64,000 nt of DNA from Psilocybe cubensis (lineage: Eukaryota), in NCBI GenBank assembly GCA_017499595.2, contig CM039000.1, positions 3,286,001 through 3,350,000 of the forward strand, given 5' to 3'. Made by a program: the position numbers and the translations under genes. Below are positions 36,757 through 49,119 of this stretch, piece after piece (position 1 is the first letter of the stretch; each line of letters begins with the position of its first letter). The notes under the pieces were generated by a model, which saw only the letters and a program-made list of their open reading frames with translations, had not been told where the DNA came from and searched no databases.

Positions 36757-38586
36757 GTGGTTAAGCGTGCGTGGTAGGTGGTGTGTGGGATTGGGATGTG
36801 ATGTTTTAAGCGGAGGTTTGGTGATGGTGATGTTATCCCCCCCGCTCCTTTCCTCAAAAATGATGTATACCCCCCCTTCCCTTCTTTTTTCTTGGACTTG
36901 GACCTGGTTGTTGGATCCAAAAACCTTCCATAACCTTCCTTTTGGCGTCTTTCCTTTCCTTTCCTTTCCTTATATTTGTCTCGTATGTTTGTTTTTTTCT
37001 TTTCTTGTTGGAACCTTGGAAGTACATATGTGTTCCGTACTACTCGCGATGACCTCCGTCTGTCCTCCGTACCCTCGTTTAAGTTTTTTCTTTTTTGACT
37101 ACTTTTTTTCTTTTTGACTTTGCATGATACCTTATACAGACATACAGACACAGATATACACGTCTCTTTTTTCTTGGATATGCGCTTAGTGGGCGGGCGG
37201 CGTGGCTGTTCAGTGTTAGTACGGTGTTAGTGTTATGTCGCGGCTCGCGAGTTGTAAGCACTACTGTAAGCGGAGCGGCTTCCAAAGAGTGACTTATGTA
37301 CGCGTGCGTGCGCGTCGCGTGTTATATACATCCGTGATCCTGTAATGGCCGATTGCTCGAATCTTGCCGTTTTTGGATAGGATTTGTAGGTAAAGTGGTG
37401 CGTTTTTGCGGGGTTTTGGGATGCGATGATGTCCCGAGGGAGGTGAAAGTGAAAGTGATGTGTAATGGGGGATGAGTCAGAGTTATAAAGTCATGTGTGG
37501 TGTGTCAGCGGGTGTATTGGAAGTGACATAAGTTGGGTCCTTTCGCTTTGTCTCCTTGCAATTCGGGGGAGTCGAGACGGGCACACACGTTTTGTTGTGT
37601 TTGTGTGTTTTTTTTGTCACTTGGTCAAGCTTGCATTACGCATTTACATACATACAACCGCACCCCCCCCCCCCCCCCTCTACCCTTACCCTTACCCTAC
37701 CCTACCCCCTACAGGTACCCTTTTCCTACTGGGCCCTGTATTTTTTTCTTGGAAGGGTTTTCGGCGGCGGATTTCCGAGGTTGTGTGTGTGGGTTTATTC
37801 TGGTTCTGGTTCTTGTTACTGGTTCTGTGCTCTTTTTTCTTGACTCCGACGACATCGTTATGCCTGTGTGAGGCTTGCGTCTCCCTTCCCTTTTCCCGCT
37901 TCCGCTTATTACACACGACACACGACATACGACGCTACATACATTATCACACCTGCGACTCTGACCTTTGTAGGCTAACTTCTGGACTGAACCCGCTGCG
38001 TTTGAAAGAGGACTGGGCTTTTGCATCTTTCCTCCACACACATACATCACACAGAGAGACAGAAACAGAGAGACAGGCGGACGGACGGACATACGCTACG
38101 CTACGCACGCACGCACACGCCCACCACCCTCGACAGACGTCATTCGCACTCACTCACACGAGTACGACGGTTTAGCGCCTACGACTTATTTTCACGATTT
38201 GTTCTTTTTGACTGCGTATTTGGATTTTGGATTTGGAGAGCCTTGAGCCTGTGATTGGTGTACGGAACGGAACGAACGTACATTCATAGGATTCGACGGT
38301 ATCGAGCATCGAGCAACGAGCAACGAGCATCGAGGAGTTGGATATTGGGTGTATCGCTATCTTTGGATTTTGGGAGGTGGAGAGACATAGGGCTTTTGCA
38401 CCTTTGTACTCGGAACTTGAACTCGAACTCGAAATATCGACACGACCACGACTTGACTTGACCTGACTTAACCCAATTCCATCCGACCTCAACTCACCTC
38501 ACCTCACTTCACCCAACCTCCAACCTCCAACCTCCAACCTCCAACTCAAACCAAACCCCAACCCCCGTACAACACCGACCCCACCC

Positions 38587-41500
38587 ATGGCTCCGGTGCA
38601 CCGCCAGTCGCGCTTGGGGCAACTCTACTCCCGGTGGGCGGCGTTCAAAGTCGAGGACCTGTTCTCGCGCAAGAAGGAGCCCGGCCCGCGCCGCACGATC
38701 TTCATCAACGAGGACCTCCCGGACGACTACCGCGACGCCCGCGGCAGAGTCAAGCAGGAGCATGTTTATGCGACGAATCAGGTTATCACGTCCAAGTACA
38801 CTCTCATCACGTTTTTGCCGAGGAATTTGCTCGAGCAGTTTAGGCGCATTGCGAATGTGTGAGTCGTACTTTTTCTCTTACTTTTTTGCTGTGTGTTTTT
38901 TTCTTTGGGTTTTTTGTGGGTTTTGTGGGTGGATTTTTTCAGCTGAGAAGCGGTTGGGGTGTCTGAGATTTTGGGCGCTTTTTTGTGTGTGTGCTTTGAC
39001 CTTTGGACGGCGACGAAGGCCCATGGTGTATATCGTGCTCGTATTCGCATTCGCATTACCTCCCCCTCCATCCATCCATCCGGCTGCCCCTTCATCTCCC
39101 ACTCCCGTCGTCATTTCCGACGACATCCGCTTCTCGATGCGGTATAATTGGACGAGGGGGGGGTGGGAAGCCCCACGTGCATTCATGGTGCTTTCCGCGT
39201 AATTGCGTCTAAAATGCGGCGCGCAGCACGGAGGGGGGTGTGGGGGGGGCAAGAGCAAACATGCAGGCTAGAGGCAGGCAAGAGCGCTTAACCGATGTCT
39301 CTTTGCTCATTTGCTCAGATCGCATCATGCGTTTTGACACACGCACACGTCCTGCCGGTTGTTGGGTTTCGTTCTTCCTCGACAAGTCGACTCTGGGCTT
39401 GAGCTTAGAGCTTAACCCGGGTCTGCCGGAGTTCTCGCGGTTTACCTCGATTCGCGGATATTCTTGCTCTTTGTGTTTTTTTTTTTTTTCGGAGGGCTCG
39501 TCATTTCGAGTTTGATCACTGTTACATCTTCATTAACACTTATGCGATTTCACTTTTATTATGGTTTATGGGTTTATGGTTATGGTTATGGTTATGATTA
39601 TTTTACTTACGCTCTATCAACACCATCAGATTCTTCTTGGCGATCGCAATTCTTCAGTTCTTCCCCAAATTCTCGACGATCTCTCCTGGACTCGTCATCC
39701 TGCCATTACTCATCGTGCTCGGGATCACCGCGCTGAAAGACGCATATGAAGACGTGAAGCGGCACCAGTCCGACAGGCGCGTGAATAACTCGCTAGTACG
39801 TGTGCTAGGCGGCGGGGATTTTGTGAACCCGAATGTTATGCAGCGCAAGAGCAGGACGTTTGTGCGTGGTGTCTTGCGCACGTATGGGCGCAGGATGAAG
39901 AAGGTTAAGCGCGCGGGGAAGGAGGAGGAGCTTGCGGGTGTGACGGCGCCTGCGACTGAGGCGGATGTGGCGCCTGTGGATGAGGTGGAGTATGATGACC
40001 TCGACGAGCACCAGCAGCATCACCACCATTCTATATTCCCGCACCGGCACTCGGGGGAGGACGCGCGCGCGCACGATAGGCCGCACTGGAAAAAGTGCGC
40101 GTGGGAGGACGTGGCGGTGGGCGACTTTGTGAAGATCATGGACAACGAGCCTCTGCCTGCGGACATCATCATCTGCGCGACGTCCGAGGAGGAGAACGTG
40201 GCGTTCGTGGAGACGAAGAATCTGGACGGGGAGACGAATCTCAAGTCGCGGAACGCGGTGCCGGCGCTCTCGCACCTGCGCTCGGCGAGGGAGTGCGCGT
40301 CGCCGCATAATGCGTTCAGGCTTGACTGTGACCGCCCGGATGTGAATATGTATAAGCTGAATGCGGCGGTGAAGGTTGGGAAGGAGACGTTCCCGGCGGA
40401 TATGCAGACTGTGCTGTTGAGAGGGACGGTGTTGAGGAATACGGCGTGGGTTATTGGTGTTGTCATTTTTACGGGCGAGGATACGCGCATCGTGATGAAC
40501 TCTGGAGGCACGCCTAGTAAGCGCAGCAAAGTCGAGAGGCAGATGAACCCGCAAGTGTAAGCCTATCCATTTGTTTTTTTTTTACAACTCGGCAATGGTT
40601 TTTTGACGTTTTGACTTTTTTTTATTGTTTAGATTTATAAATTTAATCCTGTTGGCTATGATGGCGATTGCGTGTGGTATTGTCGATTCGGTCCTTGAGC
40701 ATCGGTATTATCCAAAACTTGCACCATGGCTGTTTGGCGCTAACCGACCGGGCGACAATCCATCTATCAACGGCCTAATCACATTTGCCTTTGCACTCAT
40801 CACGTACGTATTAAACTTTATTATCCCTTTTCATCTCCCTTCGATGCGGGGGGGGGGGGGGGGGGGGGGGGGATGTGTTCGCGTGCAAAAAAGCAAGCCG
40901 CTGACCATTTCTATTCTATTATGTCGCTGCTGTTGTGCACAGGTTCCAAAACATCGTGCCGATTTCGCTGTACATCTCAATTGAGTTTGTGCGGACGTGT
41001 CAGGCTGCGTTCATTTACTTTGACCACAATATGGTCTATAATGAGCAGACGACGTTGGCACGCAGCTGGAACTTATCCGACGACCTAGGCCAGATTGAAT
41101 ATATTTTCTCGGACAAGACAGGGACGCTGACACAGGTACGTGTTGGGTTTATGCTATTTTCATCTTTTTAGTTTCGGTAATGCCAATCGCAATCTGTAGA
41201 ATTCAATGGTGTTCAGACAATGTTCTATCGGAGGTAAAATCTACACCGGCGAGCAAGAGGAAGAGCGGGATAGTCTGGAAAAGCAAAACTTTTCGCCTGA
41301 CGTCAAGAGCCCGCCTCCTGCGTATGCATCGGGCGACTCGCGCAAAAACCTGCAGCCGGATATCCCACTCGAGCAGCTGCGCCTATCCGGTTCCTCAACC
41401 GCAGCGGACAAGAACAACACTGACTCGGCCTCAGAGAACAAAGATGATGACGGCCCAACGGCGCCGCCGCCCAAGGTGGTACACCACTTCCGCGACGCGG

Positions 41501-44500
41501 ACCTCGCGCGCGACCTTGAGTCCGCGGTGCACGACGATCTGGACGCGGCGGGCGCAGCGCACGCGCGGCATCTCAATGGCTTTTTCTCCGTGCTTGCGCT
41601 ATGCCATACGGTGCTGACAAGTGTGGACCCCGAGACGGGCAAGATCGAGTATAAGGCGCAGAGCCCGGACGAGGCGGCGCTTGTGCAGGCTGCGGCGGAC
41701 GTCGGGTTCGTGTTTAGAGGGCGCGAGAAGGAGATTTTGTATCTGCAGACGCCGTTCCAGAGCGCCGGGGGCATTGAGAGTGTTGATGGCCACGAGGGCC
41801 ACCATGTTGGGGATGTGAAGAGCGCGAAGGATGTCGGTGGTGCGTCTGGTGCGGTTGGGCCGTCGAGCGCGGGTGGATTCGAGGGCGGGAAGAGTCTTGC
41901 GGCGCTGGCGAAGGAGGGTCTGGTTGAGCGCTATGAGCTGCTTAACATCCTTGAGTTTACGAGTGCGCGCAAGCGGATGAGTGTGGTGCTTCGCAAGTTG
42001 GATGCGGACGACGGCCGGCTGTTTTTGTTGAGCAAAGGAGCGGATAATGTGATCTTTGAAAGGCTCAAGCTGGGTAGTAGCGAGGAGCTCAAGGCGACGA
42101 CGGAGAAGCACCTTGATCATTTTGCGAGCCAGGGTCTGAGGACGCTTACGTTGGCATACAAGGTCATCAATGGTAAGTCGTTTATATGCTTTCCGTTTTT
42201 AAGTTGGATTCACGGTGCTGAACATTTTTATAGAGCAAGAGTATAACTCGTGGAGTGAGCGATATCATGAAGCGACTGTGGCTATGGAGGACCGTGATGG
42301 CAAGATCGATGCCGTTTCGGACGAGCTTGAGCGCGACTTGAGGCTGCTTGGTGCTACTGCCATTGAAGATCGTCTACAGGACGGTGTCCCGGAAACTATC
42401 GCCGATTTAAAACGCGCAGGTATCAAGGTCTGGGTCGCTACAGGTGACAAATTGGAAACCGCCATCGGTATGTTTTTTATAACCTGCTTTTTCTCGAGTT
42501 GGGTAACTGACGTTCAATTCGTCCAGCTATCGGACACAGTACCAATCTTATCGGTCGAGAATCAAACATCATCGTCATTCGAGGAAATCGATCCGGAAGA
42601 GCGGTGTACGACCAGATTCTGCACGCTGCGCAAGAGTTCTTCCCCGACAGCAATATCCTTGATAATCAAGGCAATCCCACCGCGCCTAGCGAAGCTGACG
42701 CCGAAGCACTGAGCAACAGCCCACGACCCATGTCCCGAACGAGCAACAACGCGAACCAACCGTCGTCCTACCCGGCCGGTGGCCCTCTGCGCCGGATGGA
42801 CACAGGCATCTCGTCCATTGTCGGTTCGAACAATGGTGATAAGCCCGGAGGTTTCGTGCTTGTCATTGACGGTAACGCCTTGGAGGTGGCGTTGTCCGAT
42901 GATAGGCATAAAAATCTGCTGCTTAGGCTGGCGATGGTATGCGAGGGCGTTATTTGCTGTCGTGTGTCGCCGCTGCAGAAAGCGTTGGTTGTTAAGCTTG
43001 TCAAGGATGGATTGGGTGCGATGACACTGGCTATTGGAGATGGCGCGAATGATGTTAGCATGATTCAGGTGCGTTGGAATTTTTTGTTAAATGGGTGTGA
43101 AGGATCTGTGTAGAACTGATCGTTGTGGTTCATTTTAGGCTGCTGATGTTGGTGTCGGTATTTCTGGTGAAGAAGGTCTTCAGGCTGTCAACTCGTCGGA
43201 TTATGCAATTGCTCAGGTGTGCACATTTTCAGCACTTGTCAATAAATAGGACATCTTTGTTCATAGTGTTTTTTAGTTCCGTTTCCTCAAGCGCCTATTA
43301 CTTGTCCACGGTCACTGGTCATATGCTCGCAATGGAACGATGTTAGTGTTTCTGCTTTGTAAAGATTTGAATCACCTCTGACATTTTCCTCTTTTTTTCT
43401 AATAGGATTCTAAACTTCTTTTACAAGAACATTGTCTGTATTGGCGTCCTCTGGTGGTTCCAAATATATTGCGCTTGGAGCTCAAATTAGTGCGTATACA
43501 TTTTTTCTCAGTCTCGTGTCTGCGATCTGACCTTTTTTGCCAGCGTGTTCGAATATACTTATCTGTTATTCTGGAACTCTTTCTGGACTATTGCCCCAGT
43601 TATTGGCATAGGCTTGTTTGACAGATTTGCCGGTAAGCTATCTTAATGTTTTTTGTTGTACGGAATAGTATTGACGAAGCATTTGCAGACGATCACGTAT
43701 TGATGGCGGTACCAGAGTTATACTGGTATGGTCGAGAAGGCAAATGGTTTGGAATGAAGCAATTCATAGTTTACATGTTCGATGGAACGCTCCAGGTAAA
43801 TGTTCATAATTTCTTAGTAGCGCATATTCACCACTGACAATGACATAGTCTGCAATCATCTTTTTCCTAATTCTATACGCATATGTTACTACGGCTGCAC
43901 GATCGGATGGATGGCAAGTTTCGCTTTACGAATTTTCAACTGTACGTGAAAGGTGTTGTTCCATTGAGGGAAAATATTCTAATTTTCTTATGTAGACTAT
44001 GGCATTTGCTGCTGTCTTTGCTGCCAACTTCTACAACGGACTGAATACTAGTGCCTGGACTGGCTGGGTTTTCTTTGCTGTCTTTATTGGCGATATTCTG
44101 GTATTGGTGTACACCGTAAGTTGAAGAATTGTGCACATCTTGAGGACAAATTTGACTTTTCAATAGGCCGTTTACAACGCCATCTCTCCCGGATGGTTTG
44201 TTACTCCAGTTTATGGAAACAACAACTTCCTTTTCAAATCCGCATTTTTCTGGTTTGGAATCCCCCTTACCGTCCTTCTTGCACTGCTGCCTCGGTATCT
44301 TTACAAGTCATGGAAGTTTGCGTTCGCCCCAGATGATGTCGATATTCTGCGATACATCTACAAGAAAGATCCCCAAAGAGACCTTGCGCAAGAGCTTCAT
44401 GATGACGGCCCTCTTCGTGCAATGAAGCGTCCTCGCCCAGCGTCTATGGCATCTCATGGACATACGGAAAGCGTCACATCTCTTCCTGTACGACCCTCTA

Positions 44501-44769
44501 TGGACCTCCGTTCAGCAAGCCGGACAGATATGTCCACTGGTATACGGTCGCAGCATCGCGGTTTCGATTTTTCGACAGAGGAAAACGGTGTCGCTATGCA
44601 AAGAATGCAGACCAATCTTTCAGAGCGACGACAGAGCAGTCGAAACCTTGCTACTGTCCAGGAAACTGGAACAACCCGCAAAACTGGGCTTCGCCATGTC
44701 CTTTCCGTTCCTCGACAATTTATGCGCAAAAAAGGATCAAACATCAAAGAAAAGGAAGCGGACCATTGA
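38587..44769 (+). CDS. P4-type ATPase phospholipid flippase (Dnf1/Dnf2-like)
   Basis: [50 protein letters not shown] (phosphorylation site), [47 protein letters not shown]. Confidence 0.97.
40848..40872 (+). repeat. Poly-G homopolymer (25 nt) inside a flippase intron
   Basis: Uninterrupted G run between donor gtacgt (~40804) and acceptor (~40942). Confidence 0.9.
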
Positions 44770-45344
44770 TGAGGCTTTCATGTCTTTTTTTTTTCTCCTC
44801 GTTTTCTCATTTTCACAGCCTATCCTTTATTTCGTTCTTCTTCAGTTGTTCATAGCTCTACTCACTGATATCCCCATGACTCATTCACCCCCAAACTCAT
44901 CTCGCTATCAACTGCTCACTAGAAATATTTTATTCATCCATCGGGTTTTCCAAGATCTACGCTGCATTGTTAGTATTGTGTATATTTTCTGTATCCAACA
45001 TCATCTTTTTCCATAACGTTTACCCCAAACCATTCACGTCGTATTTATTCTTTAGCGCACGTTGATGACCTCCCATAATACAATAAACTTTTTATTAATC
45101 ATGCTGCTGTGCACTGTCGATCAATCGTTCAGCATTACATAAAGCGTACTTGGGAAGCGCCGACATCCATTTCAGGACCCTTCCAAGAACTTAGATGCTA
45201 ACCATCACCATTCCTTAGAGTGATATCGCGATTGTCTTGTAAAACGGACTCTTTTTAACTCTCGTCGCGCAATTGTCGGCTCGGTTGACGCCCGAACCCC
45301 AACTTGTGGGCCTCGCCGGGTCCACACCTCGTGAAGCGCTCAAC

Positions 45345-46807
45345 ATGCGTCAGTCGTCTACCGATTCAGACAACACCCCCGATCCTTCCTTGAATGAAAC
45401 GGCCTTGGAATCCAAGAGGGTCAAATGCTACGGCTCTGAGCATTCAAGTTCAAACCATTGGGTTTTACAAGACGTGACTGGTAATAATATCCCGACGATT
45501 GAGGACCTTCATCAGGTTATTGACGCGTCCAATGGGATGATGTACATGTACAAGCCAGCGGAGACGACGAAGAAAGGGTGTAGCTTGTTCGTGTTTAATC
45601 CTTTGACTATGAAGGTGGATGATCTGTCGGTACGCATTTGTAAACGCCCATTCTTTCCACGGTCGTTAGCAGCGTTGACATTCTGGGGTATAGAACAGGC
45701 TTCAATACCGAAAACGACGATCTTCGATTGTAACTGACACCGTCGATTCTCATGAAAAGAAGAAATTCCCCATGATCGATTTTCCTTCTCTGGCAATTAT
45801 TCAGTCTGGGACCTCCAAATTTTTGGCTGTAATCGGCGGCTATATTTACACAGATGAAATCCCGGATGGCGAACCTAACAACAAACTTTTTCTTATAGAT
45901 GTGACGGACCAAGCTCGGCCCCACTGGTGGTGCCAAAAAGTCGAAGGGAGGGCCCAACCACGACTGGATGCTACCGCGATTGTTGTCGACAATAGGGTAT
46001 ATCTCTTTGGAGGTGTCGATAGACCTAATGGACCCACCGAAGAGCCAGGAGTCCACCTCAGATCGTACAGCATATTGGAGCATGATTGGGACATCCATCG
46101 TTGGAAGTGGATTGTATCTGACGTGCCCTATCCACCGCAAGATGTCCCTGAGGAGATAAATTTTGGACATGGGGTCCCCGTTTTCTTTGGCGGTCGCTTG
46201 CTCCTTTTCCCTTCGAGGAAGATGCCTTCTTTTGTTAGTGCGCCCTTTATATCACTAAGATTCGGATATGACTGAACACTTAAGCATTTGATAGGAAGCG
46301 ACTTTCACGAAAAAGAACATTTTCTACTTTGATACCAAATACCACACCTTCGAACTAGCACGCATAATGACTGAAGACATAAACCTTCCTTGCAGTCTCT
46401 CCTTTTTTTCTGCTTGCTCGTATATCCCCCCTCCGAATAATTACCCGCCAGGGAGTACCACGCAATATCTCAACTTCTCTCCCCAAAAACGACGCTTACT
46501 TTATACCCCAATAACGTCTGCCGAATCCGTCATCATCTGCGGATGGCAAACCACTGGAATCGACCATGACCATCTCGTTCCCGAGATGTGGCGTTTCTTT
46601 CTATTCCCCTGCAATCGTATTGTTTGCCTGAGCATCGAAGCCGCAAATGACCTTATTCAACAACCAGCACAATTCTATTACTTTGCTTTGATAGGATCTA
46701 GTATATATTTCTTGGGCAGTGCAGACGATGAGGATCAACTGGACAGAATTGACAGTTCTGATAAACTTCTGGATGTCTGTTTGGAGCTTACTATCCACCC
46801 TGACTGA
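45345..46807 (+). CDS. Hypothetical kelch/beta-propeller-like protein, 3 exons
   Basis: Exons join in frame via GT-AG introns. Kelch-like segments KFLAVIGG, AQPRLDATAIVVDNRVYLFGG and IYFLG. Confidence 0.6.
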
Positions 46808-47412
46808 TCATTTAAGTTGTACACTTTGCCAGATTTTTTACCCCTATCTTTCTTTCTCTAGTTCCGGAGTCATTTGAATTGTACTTACCAAAACTATCCA
46901 GCTTTTCTCTCTTGCTTTCGAAGTCGTTTTGCACCCGTCGATCAGTGTTTTGCTACTTGTCGTAACAGTCATGTATCATTCAATATGGAGTTGATTTCTT
47001 GAATTTTACAAGCATTATGAATCAAGATTCAATGAGCTTGCGGTTCTAGTCTTGAAACCTAAATTGATTCTTGCGCCCAAAGAACTCAAATGCTCTTTCT
47101 AAAAATAGTGACGCAATTTCGACGCAGTAGCTTTCTTCGAGTCAATTAAGTGGTTGTACGTATCATGCAGTCATTGCAGGCGCCAAATACACTTCGAAGA
47201 GGAAGACGCGCAAGGTGAACGATTAAATGTATATAAGCATTTTAGATGTTCCCAATTTGATTTATTGCTATAGTTTCTACTGTATGCATCGTACAATCTG
47301 ATTTCTACTTCGGTTCCTTCTCCAATTCTATCCTAGAGCAATGAGCGACTCTTTGCACAACGGTACGGAAGCAAGGTTGCTCGCTTCCACGTCGACAGGT
47401 ATCAGGGTCGGT

Positions 47413-49119
47413 TTACAGTTCAGTTCCCAACCTATAATTATGAAAAGAAAAGAAAAACAGAAAAAACATGCTCAGTATAATTATTCAATAAAAAGGAATC
47501 ACTTGGAGGAAGAAGAGACTGGGGGAGTAGGGATGCCCGACGATGAAAGGAGGGGTATTGCAAATGCTGCTGCAAGCACCAGAACGGCTATTGCTACCGC
47601 TGGAAAATAGGGCGAAAATGTAGATGGTTTAGTCTGATCGCGATGTACGGCAGGCCCCAGTTTCGATTTGTTTTGCAGGTAGGAAGAGGAATAGACGGGG
47701 GCTGATGGGATAAGGTGAACGTACCCTATGGACTTGAAACCGTGGATACTAGTAAAAGGTCATCAATACACCGATGGAGGAGGGTAAAACTAATCAAAAG
47801 AGCTTACTAGTATCCTTCAATATTCCGTTTAATCTCATCCTCCATACCAAGAGGAACACCAGCGAGAGAGAAAACAACCTTGGTTGATTCAGATCCTTGT
47901 TCCAAAGTTGTCGTAAGAGTAGCCTCGTGTCCTATAGCAGAGTGAGCATTCTCTTCGAAAGAGGAATTGGAGGCGCAGTAACGAACCTGAAGGCCATGTT
48001 GGGCTATGGAGTGCCCATGTCTGAACAATCTCCTTCTGTGGCGTCAGGGAAATATATTTGCCCTTCACGCCACCCCCGAACAGAGAGTATTCAGTACCAG
48101 CTTTGCCTTGCGACTAAACGCAATGAAGTTTCAGAATGTGATAATATGAAGGAAATGAAGGGTTAATACCTGAGCGGCAGCACGAGTCCACATTGGAATA
48201 CGCTTCTCGTCCGTCAAAAGACCAAAGAGATCGTCAGAAGAGGCACGGAAATCAGCCTCAACCACAATGGAGGTAGAGTTCACTTTTGCTTTCTCTTGAG
48301 CTTTGGGTGCGGCGGGAGCGGGAGTAGATGATGATGAGGCAACAGGGGTTGGCTTTGTTGCGTTTACATTGGCGGAAACTGGAGTCCCGGATCGACTGGG
48401 ATCGGCACTGACAGTTAGATCTTTGCCATGGGTATCGACGATTGCAGCCGGGAATGTAGCAAATTTAGCCTCCAAAGCGGCAGGCAGCCGGGTCCTCGCC
48501 AATGTGAATACGGAGTCAACGGCTGGGGAGGATTCTGTAGTAAGACGCCAGTTGTACTGGCAAAGCGAATATATCAGATAAAATTCGACTAGACAGCACA
48601 TGCCAAAAAAGGTGGAAGAAGATAGCAATTACTTACAACAAATTCAGACAGTTGGTCACAGATAATTTCATGGGAGACTTCTGGAATTGTGAGGGTGCCT
48701 TTTACTTCTGTGCCATCGCTAGTCGTGCCCTTCCACTTTAGAACGACTTTACAATCGAAGATCGTAATTAGCCTATATGCGCCAGAAATCATGGATTAGC
48801 ACGAGTTTCAAGCATGATATAAGATAAATTTATCGTATAACGAGAAGAAAAAACATGTTGGATTGACACGGCAACATGGAGGAGGCAGACTAGCAGACTA
48901 AAGGGACCAAAGTCAAGTTGATTTCACTCACTTTGACTTCCTCTGACCCAGTTCAATATCTCCATCCACTTCTGTCACTTGCGAAATTGAAACGCTCTCG
49001 CCCTCAGTGTCACCAGTGATGGTGATGGTGGGCAGTTCGCGTTCAAACCATTCGGTGCCCCAGCGAGTAACGTTTTTGTTCTTCCAGTGCCAGTTAGCGG
49101 TGCTAGGAGGTAGTGCCAT
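47413..49119 (-). CDS. AHA1: Activator of Hsp90 ATPase Aha1 (spliced form ends SIGLGTEL*)
   Basis: ANWHWKNKN, GDIELGQRKSKLITIFD, GTLTIPEVSHE, AIVDTHGKD; START-like C-domain (LTDEKRIPMWTR, YSLFGGGVKG, LAGVPLGMEDE); last intron 47432-47724; stop TAA at 47413-47415. Confidence 0.95.

Noticed and set aside
37681-37710. (TTACCC/TACCC)n resembling telomeric repeat or a telomerase template
   Set aside because: Not CCCTAA, only about 5 units, and one of many local stutter repeats.
37495-38175. 226-aa ORF upstream of the flippase
   Set aside because: GTG start; built from poly-C, T-tracts and dinucleotide repeats; more likely promoter or 5' leader.
39805-42120. Long minus-strand ORFs opposite the flippase
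   Set aside because: Antisense shadows caused by biased codon usage.
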